Of a stretch of 64,000 nucleotides of DNA, positions 22,491-35,417 are shown in pieces (position 1 is the stretch's first letter; the number at the start of each line of letters is the position of its first letter). The stretch covers positions 32,986,001 to 33,050,000 of the forward strand of contig NC_086108.1 in the NCBI RefSeq assembly GCF_963921235.1, in the 5' to 3' direction. The notes beneath the pieces are model-generated. The model made no database searches, was not told the DNA's origin, and saw only the letters and a list, made by a program, of their open reading frames with translations. The translations under genes and the position numbers were made by a program. The stretch is from Mobula hypostoma. Its lineage: Eukaryota.

Positions 22491-25380
22491 TTGCTGCTTT
22501 TTCAAGCTCTTTCTCGGACTAAAAGTTGATGCTTGATCCTAGAGATGAAAATGCTGGCCTTGCCAGTAACACTAACATTCAGAAAAAAAATCATCAGTAA
22601 AATAGAAAACGGTGGCTGTTAATGAAGAAACGATTTTAGCACATGTATTTAATTATTTAATTATATTTTGGCTGGATCCTCATGGCACAGCTTGCAGTCT
22701 CTACTCCTTTTTTCAACCCCTTCCTGCCTGTGTTCCAGAAGTTATCCACTCAATGGTTGCAAGTCCACAGTATATAGTTACTCAAGCCTTTAAAGCTACT
22801 TTAATAAGATTAAAAAAAAATTGTTGCTCGGAGTGTGTTGTCCTCAGCTTTGTAAGCTGCTCTCCATAAGAAAGGCAGTACAGCTTTCATTATGATTCAC
22901 ATGATGTCTGAAATCTAACAATGCTTCAGTCCTGAGGACATCAGATACAGTATACAAAGAGCATTCAACTGTGGAAAATAATCCCACATGATTGGCTCTC
23001 AAATATGAAAAAGCACCAGTTTAAATATTGCTCTTCACTTATGCATTGCAATAAATAAGCAAAGGTTGCATCAGGCGTGATTATCTTTCATCAGTCCTTT
23101 GCGGAACTGAACCATAACAATAATCATTACTAAGTAAGATACCACAAATTGCTTAAAGGCATAATGAAATCCCTATCTAAAAGCTGTAGGAAACAATTAG
23201 GTAGGCTTGAGATGAAGAGGGGAATAATGTTTATATGTGCAGCAAACCATTCTATCAGAATTATTTGAGTGGTGTTAACCAGCTTGTCCTGAATAAATTT
23301 ATTTGGTTCATTTCCTAAAATCAATTTAATTTTTAAAAACCATTTATAAAATATGATGTAACTATTGGATTAACTTTGAATAGTTTTATCTAAACCTCAT
23401 CAGAATCGGTGAAAGCTGCAATGTTGGATTTCAGACATCTTTTGTAGGAGTTCTGAAAAATGGGGATTGTTCTAACATGATGCATCTACGCAACAGACTG
23501 GCAGGACTGTTATGAAAACACAACCGTTCTTCTTAATTTCCACCCACTTTTTTTTCAAATAATGTGCAGTCTTTCAATATTGACATTTTTTCTTTGTTTA
23601 ATCCTTCATCAAAACCCTGACCTGGTCATTATCACATTGTTGTTTGTGGGAGTTTGTTTTGTACATATCAGCTGCTTCGTAACATTGTGCTTATATGTCA
23701 ACAGTTCTTTGTTAACTATAAAGTGCTGCAGGACATGCAGAAATGGAGGAAAAGTTGCTACATGAAAAAAGTAAAAAACATTTCTGTCAATTTGTCTTCA
23801 TTGGTAGCTTGGATTAAGCTGTCCAATTCAACATTGGTTACAAACTGATCTGGGGCATCCCACTCTGAAAAATCTCTTTCATGTGCTGTTCACTTTCTTA
23901 ATCCAATGGGCTCCTCGAATTCTGCTCTGGTTATTACATGTGGCACAGTCATGTTCACAAAAATACCTTGCAACATTACAAAGGCACTCCCATTACATGA
24001 AAGCAAAAGATGAGGTACAGAAAGGTTATTTTTCATCCCCATGCAAGGTAAATCTTTTAATTTGGGGTTTCCAAAAGCATTCCTATGATTGGTCCAGCTT
24101 TGTCATAATTCTACTGGCGATAAGGTCACAAGAATGCCACTTCTGTCAACTGTTAACAGTTGTCTTGCTATTTTAGGCATAGTACATTTGGTGTTCAGCA
24201 TAAATGAAGGGCTGGCTTAAACCAGAGATCGTAAATCAATATTGTGCAGTGTTGAGAATGTGCTGATAATGAGAAGGTGCAATTTTGAATTCCACAGAAG
24301 AGTCTCTTGAGAAGATGGTCAGCAGAAAGCTGAGATCTCAATTAAAACCTCAGCATTTTATCCTTTTCTATTTCATTGATGCAATCCCTTCCTCATAGGC
24401 AGCTTTAGTTGGAATTAGATTTTAGATCTCTAGGAGTCATTCATTTCAATGCATTTTTGCCGCAGATAAAATAGCCAATGGTAGTACAAATTTTTATTTA
24501 ACAAGTGGCAGCAGGTAACTACAAAAACTTGCGTTCAAGACTGGCCTCAGATTTAATTAAAAAAAACACGCTGGAAGTCCTGCTGTCACAAGCGTGTCTG
24601 TTGCAATTGCATGTTCTGCCCCTTGTGGTTTGCTGTCTCCAGTCTTTGTTAGGAGACTCTGAATGGGAGTAGAAAGCTGAAGATGACTCTAGCCCAGGCA
24701 ATGCTCCCCTATGCTTCTGCTGTCAATGCTCATTTCCCTGTGCCATTCAATTTAATTACACTTTCTAAGCACCTTTAAGAAACAATCATTTCTGAATATC
24801 ATTTGTACTCCAATCACATGTGGGTTTTATCTGAAAAAAAATGTTCCACCAAAGATGCAATCTGACCTCCCTCCCAGAATCATACCTAGTGCCTTGATCC
24901 CACTTGACTACTTTGAATGCCAGCAGCAGTAAATTATGATTCTTTTAACTAGTTTTGTAACGAAACAGTGGGTAGCATGTTAAAACCTTTCAGTGGCCCA
25001 TAATTTATGATAAGTTTATACTTCTTCAATGTTTTTAATATGCAAGTTTTCAATCAAAAATTAAGTTATGCAAAATTGCAATATAAAACCTTCGTGCATA
25101 TATTACAGATTATATGTATCTTCAGTCTCACTAACACTGAGTATAGTTAGCACAGAAATACAATTAATAGACCTGGAAAGGTTAATTGGGACCAAATGGG
25201 TTAGAACTAGGTTTGCATCCAAAGGATTCCCTTGCCTGTATCCTAGTACTGTTATTAAACTTGAGATGGCCATGGTTTATTATGCGTTGGGAATTTCAGT
25301 TAATGCTCAGGGTTGCCTTCTGATAGTGTGTTATGTTGCCTTCTTCTAGACAGAGTAGCTCTGTACACTGTGCTGCTTTC

Positions 25381-25945
25381 CACTACTACCTCTACCGCCA
25401 TGGTGAGACCGCTCTCAGGCTGCAGGAGCTACACCTCATATTCCATCTGGGTAGCTTCCAACCTGAACATCAATTCACTAACTACTAGTGATTTCTCCCC
25501 ATCCCCCCTTCTCGATCTTTCCATTCTCCATTCTGGCCCCACTCTTACCCCACTCTTACCCCTCTCTTACCCCACTCTTACCCCACTCTTACCCCTCTCT
25601 TGCCCATCACCTCCATCTGGCGTCCTCTTTCTTCCCTGTCCTCTTATCAGATTCCTTCTTCCTCAGCCCGTTTCCTCCTGTCACCTACCAGCTTCTCACT
25701 TCATTCCCCCCCTTCACACCCACCTTCTCCCTTGCCTTGTTTCTCCTATTACCTGCCAGCTTGAACTCATTTCCCTCCCGCCCCACCTCCTTCTTATTTT
25801 GACTTCTTTCCCCTTCTTTTTCAGTCCTGATAAAGGGTCTCGACCTCAATCATCAATTGTTTATTCCCCTCCATAGATGCTGGAAATCCAGAGTTTTTTT
25901 GTGTGAGTTTCTCTGGGTTTCCAGCATCTGCAGATGGCTTGAGTT
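25381..25945 (+). mobile_element. Penelope-like element (Neptune-type) 3' end: GIY-YIG C-terminus + terminal repeat with decayed hammerhead
   Basis: Reads LYRHGETALRLQELHLIFHLGSFQP. Decayed motif CAGTCCTGATAAAGGGTCTCGACC at ~25822-25859. Confidence 0.8.
25537..25601. repeat. 11-bp minisatellite (CCCCWCTCTTA) x ~6
   Basis: Tandem units are directly visible. Confidence 0.85.
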
Positions 25946-26099
25946 TATAATTTCCAGCTCTCCATTCTATCTCTCAGCCTTCCAAGGCTAATACAATAGC
26001 AGCCAAGTTTCTTTCTACTTCTTCTTATCCTTATATCCACCTACTGAGTCACAGATACTTCTATTAGTGGATCCAATGGTGTTTCGCATCAAATATTTC

Positions 26100-26288
26100 A
26101 CCTTTCACCCCAAACCTATGACCCCTCGTTCTAGTCTCACCCAACCTGAGGGGAAAAGCCTGCTTGTATTCACTCTTCCAGTGCCTCTCATAATTTTATG
26201 TACTTCTATAAGATCTCATTTCATTCTTCTGGGCCCTAGGGAATAAAATCTTAATTTATTCAACCTTTCCCCATAACTCAGGCCCTCA
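26100..26288 (-). mobile_element. CR1 ORF2 C-terminal fragment
   Basis: Reverse complement of DLIEVHKIMRG...ETRTRGH-like coding sequence. Confidence 0.6.
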
Positions 26289-26569
26289 AGAGGCTACAGA
26301 GTTGTGGACACAATGTATTAGCATCACGTGTACAGCTCTCTCCACCACAGAAGACACTTAGAAGAGGAGCTGTTTCAGGAAGGCAGCACCCCTGCTCCCG
26401 GGCCATGCCCTCTCTCAATTGTGCCATCAGGTGATGGTGCAGGAGCCTGAAGACCCACACCTCAAGGTTCAACAACAGCTGCTACCCCACAGCTATCAGG
26501 CTCTTCAAATGACCTGAAAAGCCTTGACACTACTGTATCTTGGAATGTCTTTTTTCCTCTTTTGATCAG

Positions 26570-27352
26570 CAACTTTAGATTCCTTGGTGTTATCATTCCA
26601 GAGGACCTGCACATAGATACAATTACAAAGAAAGCTTCTTCCTTAGGTGTTTGCGAAGATTCAGCATGACACATAAAACTTTGACAAACTTCCGTAGATG
26701 TGTAGTGGGCAGTATAATTGACTGGCTGCATCACAGCCTGGTATAGAAACACCAATGGCTCTGAATGGAAAATCCTACAAAAGTACTGGATACGGCCCAG
26801 TCCCTCAGGGGTAAAGCCCTCCCAACCATTGAGCACATTTTTATGGAGCACTGTCACAGGAAAGCAGCATACATCATCAGGGGCTTCCACTACCCAGGAC
26901 ATGCTCTCTTCTCACTGCTGCCATCAGGAAGAAGGTGCAGGAGCTTCAGGACTCACACCACCGGGTTCAGGAACAGTTATTACCCCTCAACCATCAAGCT
27001 CTTGAATTAGAGTAGATATCTTCATTCAACTTCACTTTCCTCATCACTAAGCTGTTCCTCCAACCTGTGGTCTAATTTTCAAGGACTCTTCATCTCGTGT
27101 TCTTGATATCTGTCTATCTATCTATTCATTTATTTAGTTTTTTTTTATTGTCTATTTGTTTATTTATTATTTCTATTTTTTTCTTTCTGTTTGTATTTGC
27201 ACTGTTTGTTGTTTTTGCACATTGGTTGTCACCCTGCTGCGGCAGTCTATTACGGTTATTAGACTTATTAAGTATTGCTCACAAGAAAATCAACCTCAGA
27301 GTTGTATAAGGTGACATAGATGTACTTTGATAATAAATTTGGACTTTGAACT
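26570..27352 (+). mobile_element. Rex1/Babar LINE 3' fragment
   Basis: TGCITAWYRN and HPGHALFSLLPSGRRCRSFRTHTTGFRNSYYP-type motifs, with a TTTGAAC tail. A second fragment lies at ~26290-26520. Confidence 0.85.
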
Positions 27353-28044
27353 AGTGTTTATTTTGATCTTTATTTGGTATGAGTGAAAGTTATCCATAAT
27401 TTATGATAATTAACAATTATCTTATCTTACATTTGTCCTTGTCCTGTAATGAATTCTGCTACTGCTGCAAAAAGCTAATTTTGGTGGCATTTATACCCTG
27501 CCTATGACAACATAAACTTGAACTTGGTTTTTTAAGATCCTTTCTACGCATGCAACTTCCTACAAGCCTCTCGACTTTGGAAGTCTGTGCCCCCATTCAG
27601 AAGAGTTTGTTGCCTGTTTAATAAAATGAGTTGCAGTTTGACAGACCTGAACCTGTTCCTTTGTTATTCCTTGTGGGATTTTGATCTGGATGAAATTCCT
27701 ATACCAAGTTAAGTTCAGCTGTTAGAGATGGAATGAAGGAATGGCATTCCTAGAATGTCTTTCATGACCACAGGACATCTTAAAATGCTCTACATCCAAT
27801 GGATGACATTGTTGGACCATGGCCACAGTGGGAAAGTCAGAAATATGCCAACCAATAATAGATGCAAGAAGCTCCTGCAAAGCACCAAGATAATGTCCAT
27901 TTAATCTGTTTCAGTAATATTCGTAGAGAGAGAAGTTCCTGTATAATCTTTGAAAAAGCACAGTACCTTAAGATGTAACCCTAAAATTGTTCTTCTGATA
28001 GTGCAGAGCTCCCTTCATTTTGTATTCCATATTTTCATATAACA

Positions 28045-28335
28045 GAGGAAGAAGCCATTCAGCCTGTCAAGTCTATGCTGATGTACAGAGCAATCTCACG
28101 GCACGCAGTTTTTCCTGCAAACTATTCTCCTTGCACTCCTGTCAAATCCCCAATAATCCTACCTCTCTTAGCGTGGCCAGTTAACCCACCAACCTGCCTA
28201 TCTTTGGTACATGGGAAACCGGGCTGCCTGGGGCAAGCACACAGTGAAGATGTGTAAACATTACACCGACAGCATTGAAGGGGGATGGGATTGAACCCAG
28301 CTTGTTGGAGCTTTGAGGCAGCAGATCTACCAGCT
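28045..28335 (-). mobile_element. Decayed SINE
   Basis: Reverse-complemented core (TCTTTGGTACATGGGAAACCGGG) and a B-box-like GGGATTGAACCC. Confidence 0.6.
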
Positions 28336-29230
28336 GTGCCTCTGCTCAATACTCTGGAGAGGGACTGGAGTACGCAGTGTTCTGAACAAAGGGCGAGAGA
28401 GTACGTGCAACAGCTGAAGAGACTAATTAATTGCAAGGGATCATTGCTTTCCCTGTCAATGCATGTCCACAGTGAACCAGAAGCTTCACAGCAGGCTCTG
28501 AAGCAGAGAGGCAGCAGCTGAAAGACTGTCAGTGTCACCTGTGCATCTGCATGCAGTGCCTTAATCTCTGACGGACATGACTACCTGCTCACTTCTCAAT
28601 CCTCAGCCAGAAGCACAGAGGTGCAAACATGGCAGTCTTCATTGTTCGTGCTGTCAGTTTCCAGGTGGGATGTTACTTATCATGGGGTTATTTCATCATA
28701 ACGTAACATTTAGAAGCGAGGGTAGACCGTCTAGGCCAGCGGTTTGCAACCTGGGCCCACAGACCCCTCGGTTAAGGTAGGGGTTCATGGCTGTTCAGTC
28801 TACTCTGTGCTCATTAATATCCTGGCTGATCCATCTGTGTGACTTTTCTGCATGATCCCTTGACTAGGATTCCCTAAGTGATTACTGTTGTGCTGGTCAA
28901 TGGCTCAAAAATGTCCCATAGTGAATGGGAACACCTAGCTCTCTCATCTGTGTAACCGATCTCAGCATCAAGGGTACTCCAGCTGGGGATTTGCAAGGAA
29001 TTGAGCCAGCAGGTGAGGGAATGTTGTTCAAAGTACTTCAGTCTCCTAAAATCTAACAGGGTACAAAACTGCATGGTAACACTTCCTGCAGCAGTGCACA
29101 AGGAACATTTGACTTCGATGTTCCTTTTGCGAGCGCGAGACCCTGTTGGACACTGATTGCCACAGGCCTGTGCTCCTTGTTTGGTGGCGAGACAAGCGGC
29201 GGGCTAGCAGCATTGCCACAGTTGTAGTGA

Positions 29231-29827
29231 GTCATAGTCACAGTCATAGTCATACTTTATTGATCCCAGGGGGAAATTGGTTTTTGTTAGAGTTGCACCA
29301 TAAATAATAAATAGTAATAGAACCATAAATAGTTAAATAGTAATATGTAAATTATGCCAGTAAATTATGAAATAAATTCAGGACCAGTCTATTGGCTCAG
29401 GGTGTCTGACCCTCCAAGGGAGGAGTTGTAAAGTTTGAGGGAATGACTTCCTATGACGCTCTGTGCTGCATCTCGGAGGAATGAGTCACTGGCTGAATGT
29501 ACTCCTGTGCCCACCCAGTACATTATGTAGTGGCTGGGAGACATTGTCCAAGATGGCATGCAACTTGGACGGCATCCTCTTTTCAGACACCACCGCCAGA
29601 GAGTCCAGTTCCATCCCCACAACATTACTGGCCTTACGAACGAGTTTGTTGATTCTGTTGGTGTCTGCTACCCTCAGCCTGCTCACAGCAAACGTGATAG
29701 CACTGGCCACCACAGACTCGTAGAACATCCTCAGCATCATCCGGCAGATGTTAAAGGACCTCAGTCTCCTCAGGAAATAGAGACGGCTCTGACCCTTCTT
29801 GTAGACAGCCTCAGTGCTCTTTGACCT
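29231..29827 (-). mobile_element. Rex1/Babar LINE, 5'-truncated, (GACTAT)n tail
   Basis: ORF 29486-29830 (KKGQSRLYFLRRLRSF, FYESVVAS). Same family as 58012-58504. Confidence 0.9.
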
Positions 29828-29902
29828 CAACTTGCTGGCTTGCCTGTTGCTGCAGTCCAGGTGAGGAGACGCTGGAGGTGGTGCAGCGTGGCCTCTGTGC
29901 TT

Positions 29903-32900
29903 AGAAACACAGAAAACCTACAGCACAAAACAGGTCCTTCGGCCCACGAAGCTGTGCTGAACATCTCCTTACCTAAGGTTACCCATAGCCCTCTGTTTTT
30001 CTAAGCTCCATGTACCTGTCCAGGAGTCTTTTTAAAGACCCTATCGTAATTGCCTCCAGCACCGAGGCCGACAGCCTATTCCACGCACTCACCACTCTCT
30101 GCATAAAAAACTTACCCCGACACCGCCTCTGTACCTACTTCCAAGCACCTTAAAACTGTGCTCCCTCGTGCTAGCCATTTCAGCCCTGGGAAAAAGCCTC
30201 TGACTATCCACATGATCAATGCTTCTCATCATCTTATAGGCCTTTATCAGGTCACCTCTCATTCTCCGTCGCTCCAAGGAGAAAGGGCTGACTTTACTCA
30301 ACCTGTTCTCATGAGGCATGCTCCCCAATCCAGGCAACATCCTTGTAAATCACCTCTGCACCCTTTCTATGGCTTCCATATCCTTCCTGTAGTGAGGTGA
30401 CCAGAACTAAGCACAGTACTCCAAGTGGGGTCTGACCAGGGTCCTATACATCTGCAACATTACCTCTCGGCCCCTAAACTCAATCCCATGATTGCTGAAG
30501 ACCAACACACCATATGCTTTCTTAGCCACAGAGTCAACCTCCGCAGCAGCTTTGAGTGTCCTATGTATTTGGACCCCAAGATCCCTCTGATCCTCCACAC
30601 TGCCAAGAGTCTTAACATTAATATTATATTCTGCCATCATATTTGACCCACCAAAATGAACCACCTCACACTATCCACAACACCTCCAACTTTTGTGTCA
30701 TCAGAAAATTTATTAACTCATCCTTCCATTTCCTCATTCAGGTCATTTATAAAAATCACAAAGAGGAGGGATCCCAGAACAGATCCCTAAGGCACTCCAC
30801 CATGCAGAATATGACCCCTCTACAACCACTCTTTGCCTTCTGTGGGCAAACCAGTTCTGGATCCACAAAGCAATGTCCCCTTTAATCCCATTCCTCCTTA
30901 CCTCCTCAATAAGCCTTGCATGGGGTACCTTGTCAAATGCCTTGTTGAAATCCATATACACTACATCTACTGCTCTGTCTTCATCAATGTGTTTAGTCAC
31001 ATCCTCAAACAATTCAATCAGGCTCATAAGGCACGACCTGCCTTTGACAAAGCCATGCTGACTATTCCCAATCATATTATGCATCTCAAAACGTTCATGA
31101 ATCCTGCCTCTCAGGATCTTCTCCGTCAACTTACCAACCACTGAAGTAAGACTCACTGGTCTATAATTTTCTGGGCTATCTCTACTCCCTTTCTTGAATA
31201 ATGGAACAACATCCGCAACCCTCCAATCCTCTGGAACCTCTCTCGTCCCCATTGATGATGCAAAGACCATCGCCAGGGGCTCAGCAATCTCCTCCCTCAC
31301 CTCCCACAGTAGCCTGGGGTACATCTTGACTGGTCCCGGTGACTTATCCAACTTGATGCTTTCCAAAAGCTCCTGTACATCCTCTTCCTTAACTTCTACA
31401 TGCTCAAGCTTTTCAGTCTGCTGTAAGTCATCCCTACAATCATCAACATCCTTTTCTGTAGTGAATACTGAAGCAAAGTATTCATTAAGTACCTCTGCTA
31501 TCTCCTCCGGTTCCAAACACACTTTCCCACTGTCACACATGATTTGTCCTATTCTCTCACGTCTTATCCTCTTGCTCTTCACCTACTTGTAGAATGCCTT
31601 GGGATTTTCCTCAATCCTTCTGGCTCTCCTAATTTCTTTGCCAAGCTCTTTCCTGCTAACCTTATAATCTTCAAGATTTCTATCATTACCTAGTTTTTTG
31701 AACCTTTCGTAAGCTCTTCTTTTCTTCGTGACTAGATTTACAACAGCATTTGTACACCACGTTTCCTGTACCCTACCATCTTTTCCCTGTCTCATTGGAA
31801 CGTACCTATTCAGAACTCCACGCAAATATCCCCTGAACATTTGTCACATTTCTTTTGTACGTTTCCCTGAGAACATCTGTTCCCAATTTATGCTTCAAAT
31901 TCCTGCCTGATAGCCTCATATTTCCCCTTACTACAATTAAAGATTTCCCTAATTTGTCTGTTCCTATCCCTTTCGAATGCTATGGTAAAGGGGATAGAAT
32001 TGTGATCACTATGCCAAAATGCTCTCCCACTGAGAGATCTGACACCTGACCAGGTTCATTTCCCAATACCAGTTCAAGTACAGCTTCTCCACTTGTATGC
32101 TTATCTACATATTGTGTCAAGAAACCTTCCTGAACACACCTAACAAACTCCACCCCATCTAAACAATTCGCTCTAGGGAGATACCAATTGAAATTTGGGA
32201 AATTAAAATCTTGCCACCATGACAACTCTGTTATTATTACTCCTTTCCAGAATCTGTCTCCCTATCTGCTCCTTGGTGTCCTGTTACTATTGGGTGGTCT
32301 ATAAAAAACACCCAGTAGAGTTATTTACCCCTTCCTGTTCCTAACTTCCACCCACAGAAACTCCATAGACAACCTCTCCATGACTTCCTCCTTTTCTGCA
32401 GCCGTGATACTATCTCTGATCAACAGTGCCATGCTCCCACCTCTTTTGCCTTCTTCCCTGTCCTTTCTGAAACATCTAAAGCCTGGCACTTGAAGTAACC
32501 ATTCCTGCCCCTGAGCCATACAAATCTCTGTAATGGCCACAACATCATAGCTCCAAGTACTGATCCACGCTCTAAGCTCATCTGTTTGCATTAAAATAGG
32601 CACATCTCAAATCATCGGTCTGAACACGTCCCTTCTCTATCACCTGCCTATCCTCCCTCTCGCATTGTCTCCAAGTTTTCTCTATTTTTGAGTCAATCAC
32701 CTCTTCCTCCATCTCTTCAGTTTGGTTCCCACCCTCCAGCAATTCCAGTGTAAACTCTCCTCAAAAGCCTTAGCAAACTTCACCACCAGGATATTTGCCC
32801 CCTGGGATTCAAGTGCAACCTATCCTTTTTGTACAGGTCACTCCTGCCCCAAAGAGGTCTAGAAATCTGAATCCCTGCCCCCTGTTCCAATCCCTCAGCC

Positions 32901-33541
32901 ACGCATTTATCCTCCACATCACTCTATTCCTATACTCACGGTCACGTGGCTCAGGCAGTAACCCCAAGATCACTACCTTTGCGATTCTGCTTCTCAACTT
33001 CCTTCCTAACTCCCTGCAGTCTGCTTTCATGAACTCCTCCCTTTTCCTACCTATATCGTTGGTACCAAAATGTACCACGACCTCTGGCTGTTCTCCCTCC
33101 CACTGCAGGATATCGTGGACGTGATCAGAAACATCCTGGACCCTGGCACTTGGGAGGCAAACTACCATCCGAATTTCTTTCCTGTGTCTACAGAATCGCC
33201 TATCTGACCCCCTAACTGTAGAGTCCCCTATCACTGCTGCCATCCCCTTCCTTTCCCTACCCTTCTGAGCCAAAAGGCCAGACTCTGTGCCAGAGGCGCA
33301 CCCACTGTTGCTTCCCCATGTAGGCCGTCCCCCCCAACAGTACTCAAACAGGAGTACTTATTGCTACCAGCTACAGGGGTACTCTCAAGCATCTGACTCC
33401 TGCCCTTCCCTCTCTGGACTGTTACCCACTTATCTGTCTCCTGAGGCCCCGGTGTGACTACCTGCCTGTAACTCCTATCTGTCACCTCCTCACTTTCCTG
33501 GATCAGACAAAGGTCACTGGGCTGCAGCGCCAGTTCCCTAA
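29903..33541 (-). mobile_element. Long CR1 LINE subfamily B (ORF1 esterase, APE, RT), decayed
   Basis: ORFs 32809-33273 (VIGDS, HFGTNDI), 32325-32603, 31980-32225, 30743-31582 and 30089-30340. Candidate TSD TGCTT at 29898-29902 and 33542-33546. Confidence 0.94.
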
Positions 33542-34738
33542 TGCTTGCTCGGGAGTGGCCTCCCATGTTGGTGCTGCCCCGCAGTGTTGGATCAGTGGAA
33601 TTACAGGCTGGTCTGCTGGGAACCATCAATCTGCGGGACTTGCTGCACAGGGTCTTGGACTAAAAATGCATATTTTGCATGACTATGTTCTTTTTTTCTA
33701 TTATGAATGCACGTGAGTGTTTTTGCAACTTGGCCCCGGGGGAGCACTGTCTTGATCAGCTGTATCCAAGTATGGTTTGAATGATAATTAAACTTGATTT
33801 GATTTGATTTTATTTGAATTTCTCTCTCCATAAATTAAACGCTGCCTGACCTGCTGCGTGTTTCCAGCATTTTCTGATTTCCAACATTTGCAATTTTTCA
33901 GTGGCAATATCACTTTGGAATGACCGGTCAAGAATTATTTTTCTGAATTAGGAAGCTGGAAATTCTCTGTCTTTGCAAATTGTTCGCCCCTGTATCTATG
34001 ATCAATCACATAGATTTCTTATTGAGCATAATGTAAAGAATGAATACTTTCCGATTGCCACTCCCAAGATACTGGGCATGCTCAGAAATAAGTTAACGGT
34101 ACGACGGCTTTAAATGCATGACACTGCAGGGGCTGTTTGTTCTGGTCCCATCTGAGTGTCACTTTCTACTAGACTCCACTTGGATGAGCTGGTTGCAAAG
34201 AAAAAGTGCATTACGCTTGCTGCTTTTTACTATGCATTAATCACTTGTCATCCGATCGATTCTTTGCCATCGTCATGCTGAACTAGCACCAATTTAACAA
34301 AAGGACTTCAGCTCCTAATGGAAATCTGGCTAAACACTGGCATCCTTAAGGGACATTACATTTCGGCTCAGTTTACAGCTTCAAGGGTTTGACACTCAAG
34401 GGCAAAGGTGGTAAATGCCAGGAATGTGTCAGCACAAGTCAGTGACCTCACTCCTCTGTTCCAAATCACCTACAAGTACCATTAGCAAATAGTAGCAATA
34501 CAAATCTTGTTAATGGTTCCCCCACCATCCATATCCTGAGAGTCATTATTGAACAGAAATTCAGCTGGGCCAGTCATATAAATATAATGGTTACAAGAGC
34601 CGGTCAGGGGCTGGTTATCCTACAATGAATGACTTACCTCTTGAGTCAAATATTTTTCACAATTACCTATGCACATGATGGAACACTCTCTTATTGCCTG
34701 GATGAGGGCAATGTCAATAACACTCAGGAATAATAATA

Positions 34739-35371
34739 CAGGTTGAGTACCCCTTGTCTGAAATGCTTGGGGCCTGAAGTGTTTCGGATTTAGGATTTTG
34801 GAATATGTAATGAGATAGCTTGGGACTGCTATTGCTTCCGACTCTGAACTTAAATGATACAGGTAAGTAGTCTTCGTCTTACACTTGTTACACATATGTA
34901 CTGAGATAGTCATTCAGCATGATAGACTTTCATCAGCAATGCTCTTGGCAAACTCATTAACAAATTTCTCTGCTGCTTCGTGATCAGCAGAGGCTTCATC
35001 ACAACAGATCTTTAAAATTTAATACTCTTTCTTTTCTTAAATTTCTGCAACCTACATGTTGAATATTCACAATTGCCTTCAATTTTCAGTCTTTGCTTGT
35101 TTCATAATCAGCATACTGTTAAGTGGCATATGTTCACTCTGACGCTGATGAATTCACTCTTTCAATACACAATCAAGATCTTCGATTGTCACTTTATGCA
35201 GTGTTTTCCTATTTTTTTTATTAACTTCTGTTCATTACTTATTGTATGTGAGGTCACTTCTCAGAACTATCTGTTGTGCACAGAGACCTTGTGGAATTTT
35301 TCATTAATGACGTCATGTCAGTGCTGAAAAAGATCCGGATTTTGGAATTATGGATAAGGGGTATTCAACCT

Positions 35372-35372
<1 letters not shown>
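34739..35372 (-). mobile_element. Tigger-like non-autonomous DNA transposon
   Basis: TIRs CAGGTTGAGTACCCCTT / AAGGGGTATTCAACCTG with TA flanks. Minus-strand remnant EGNCEYST..LQKFKKR...ASADHEAAEKF. Confidence 0.88.

Positions 35373-35403
<31 letters not shown>
35373..35403. repeat. (TAA)n microsatellite
   Basis: About 10 perfect TAA units; also TAATAATA at 34731-34738. Confidence 0.95.
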
Positions 35404-35417
35404 CAGATCTACCGCAA

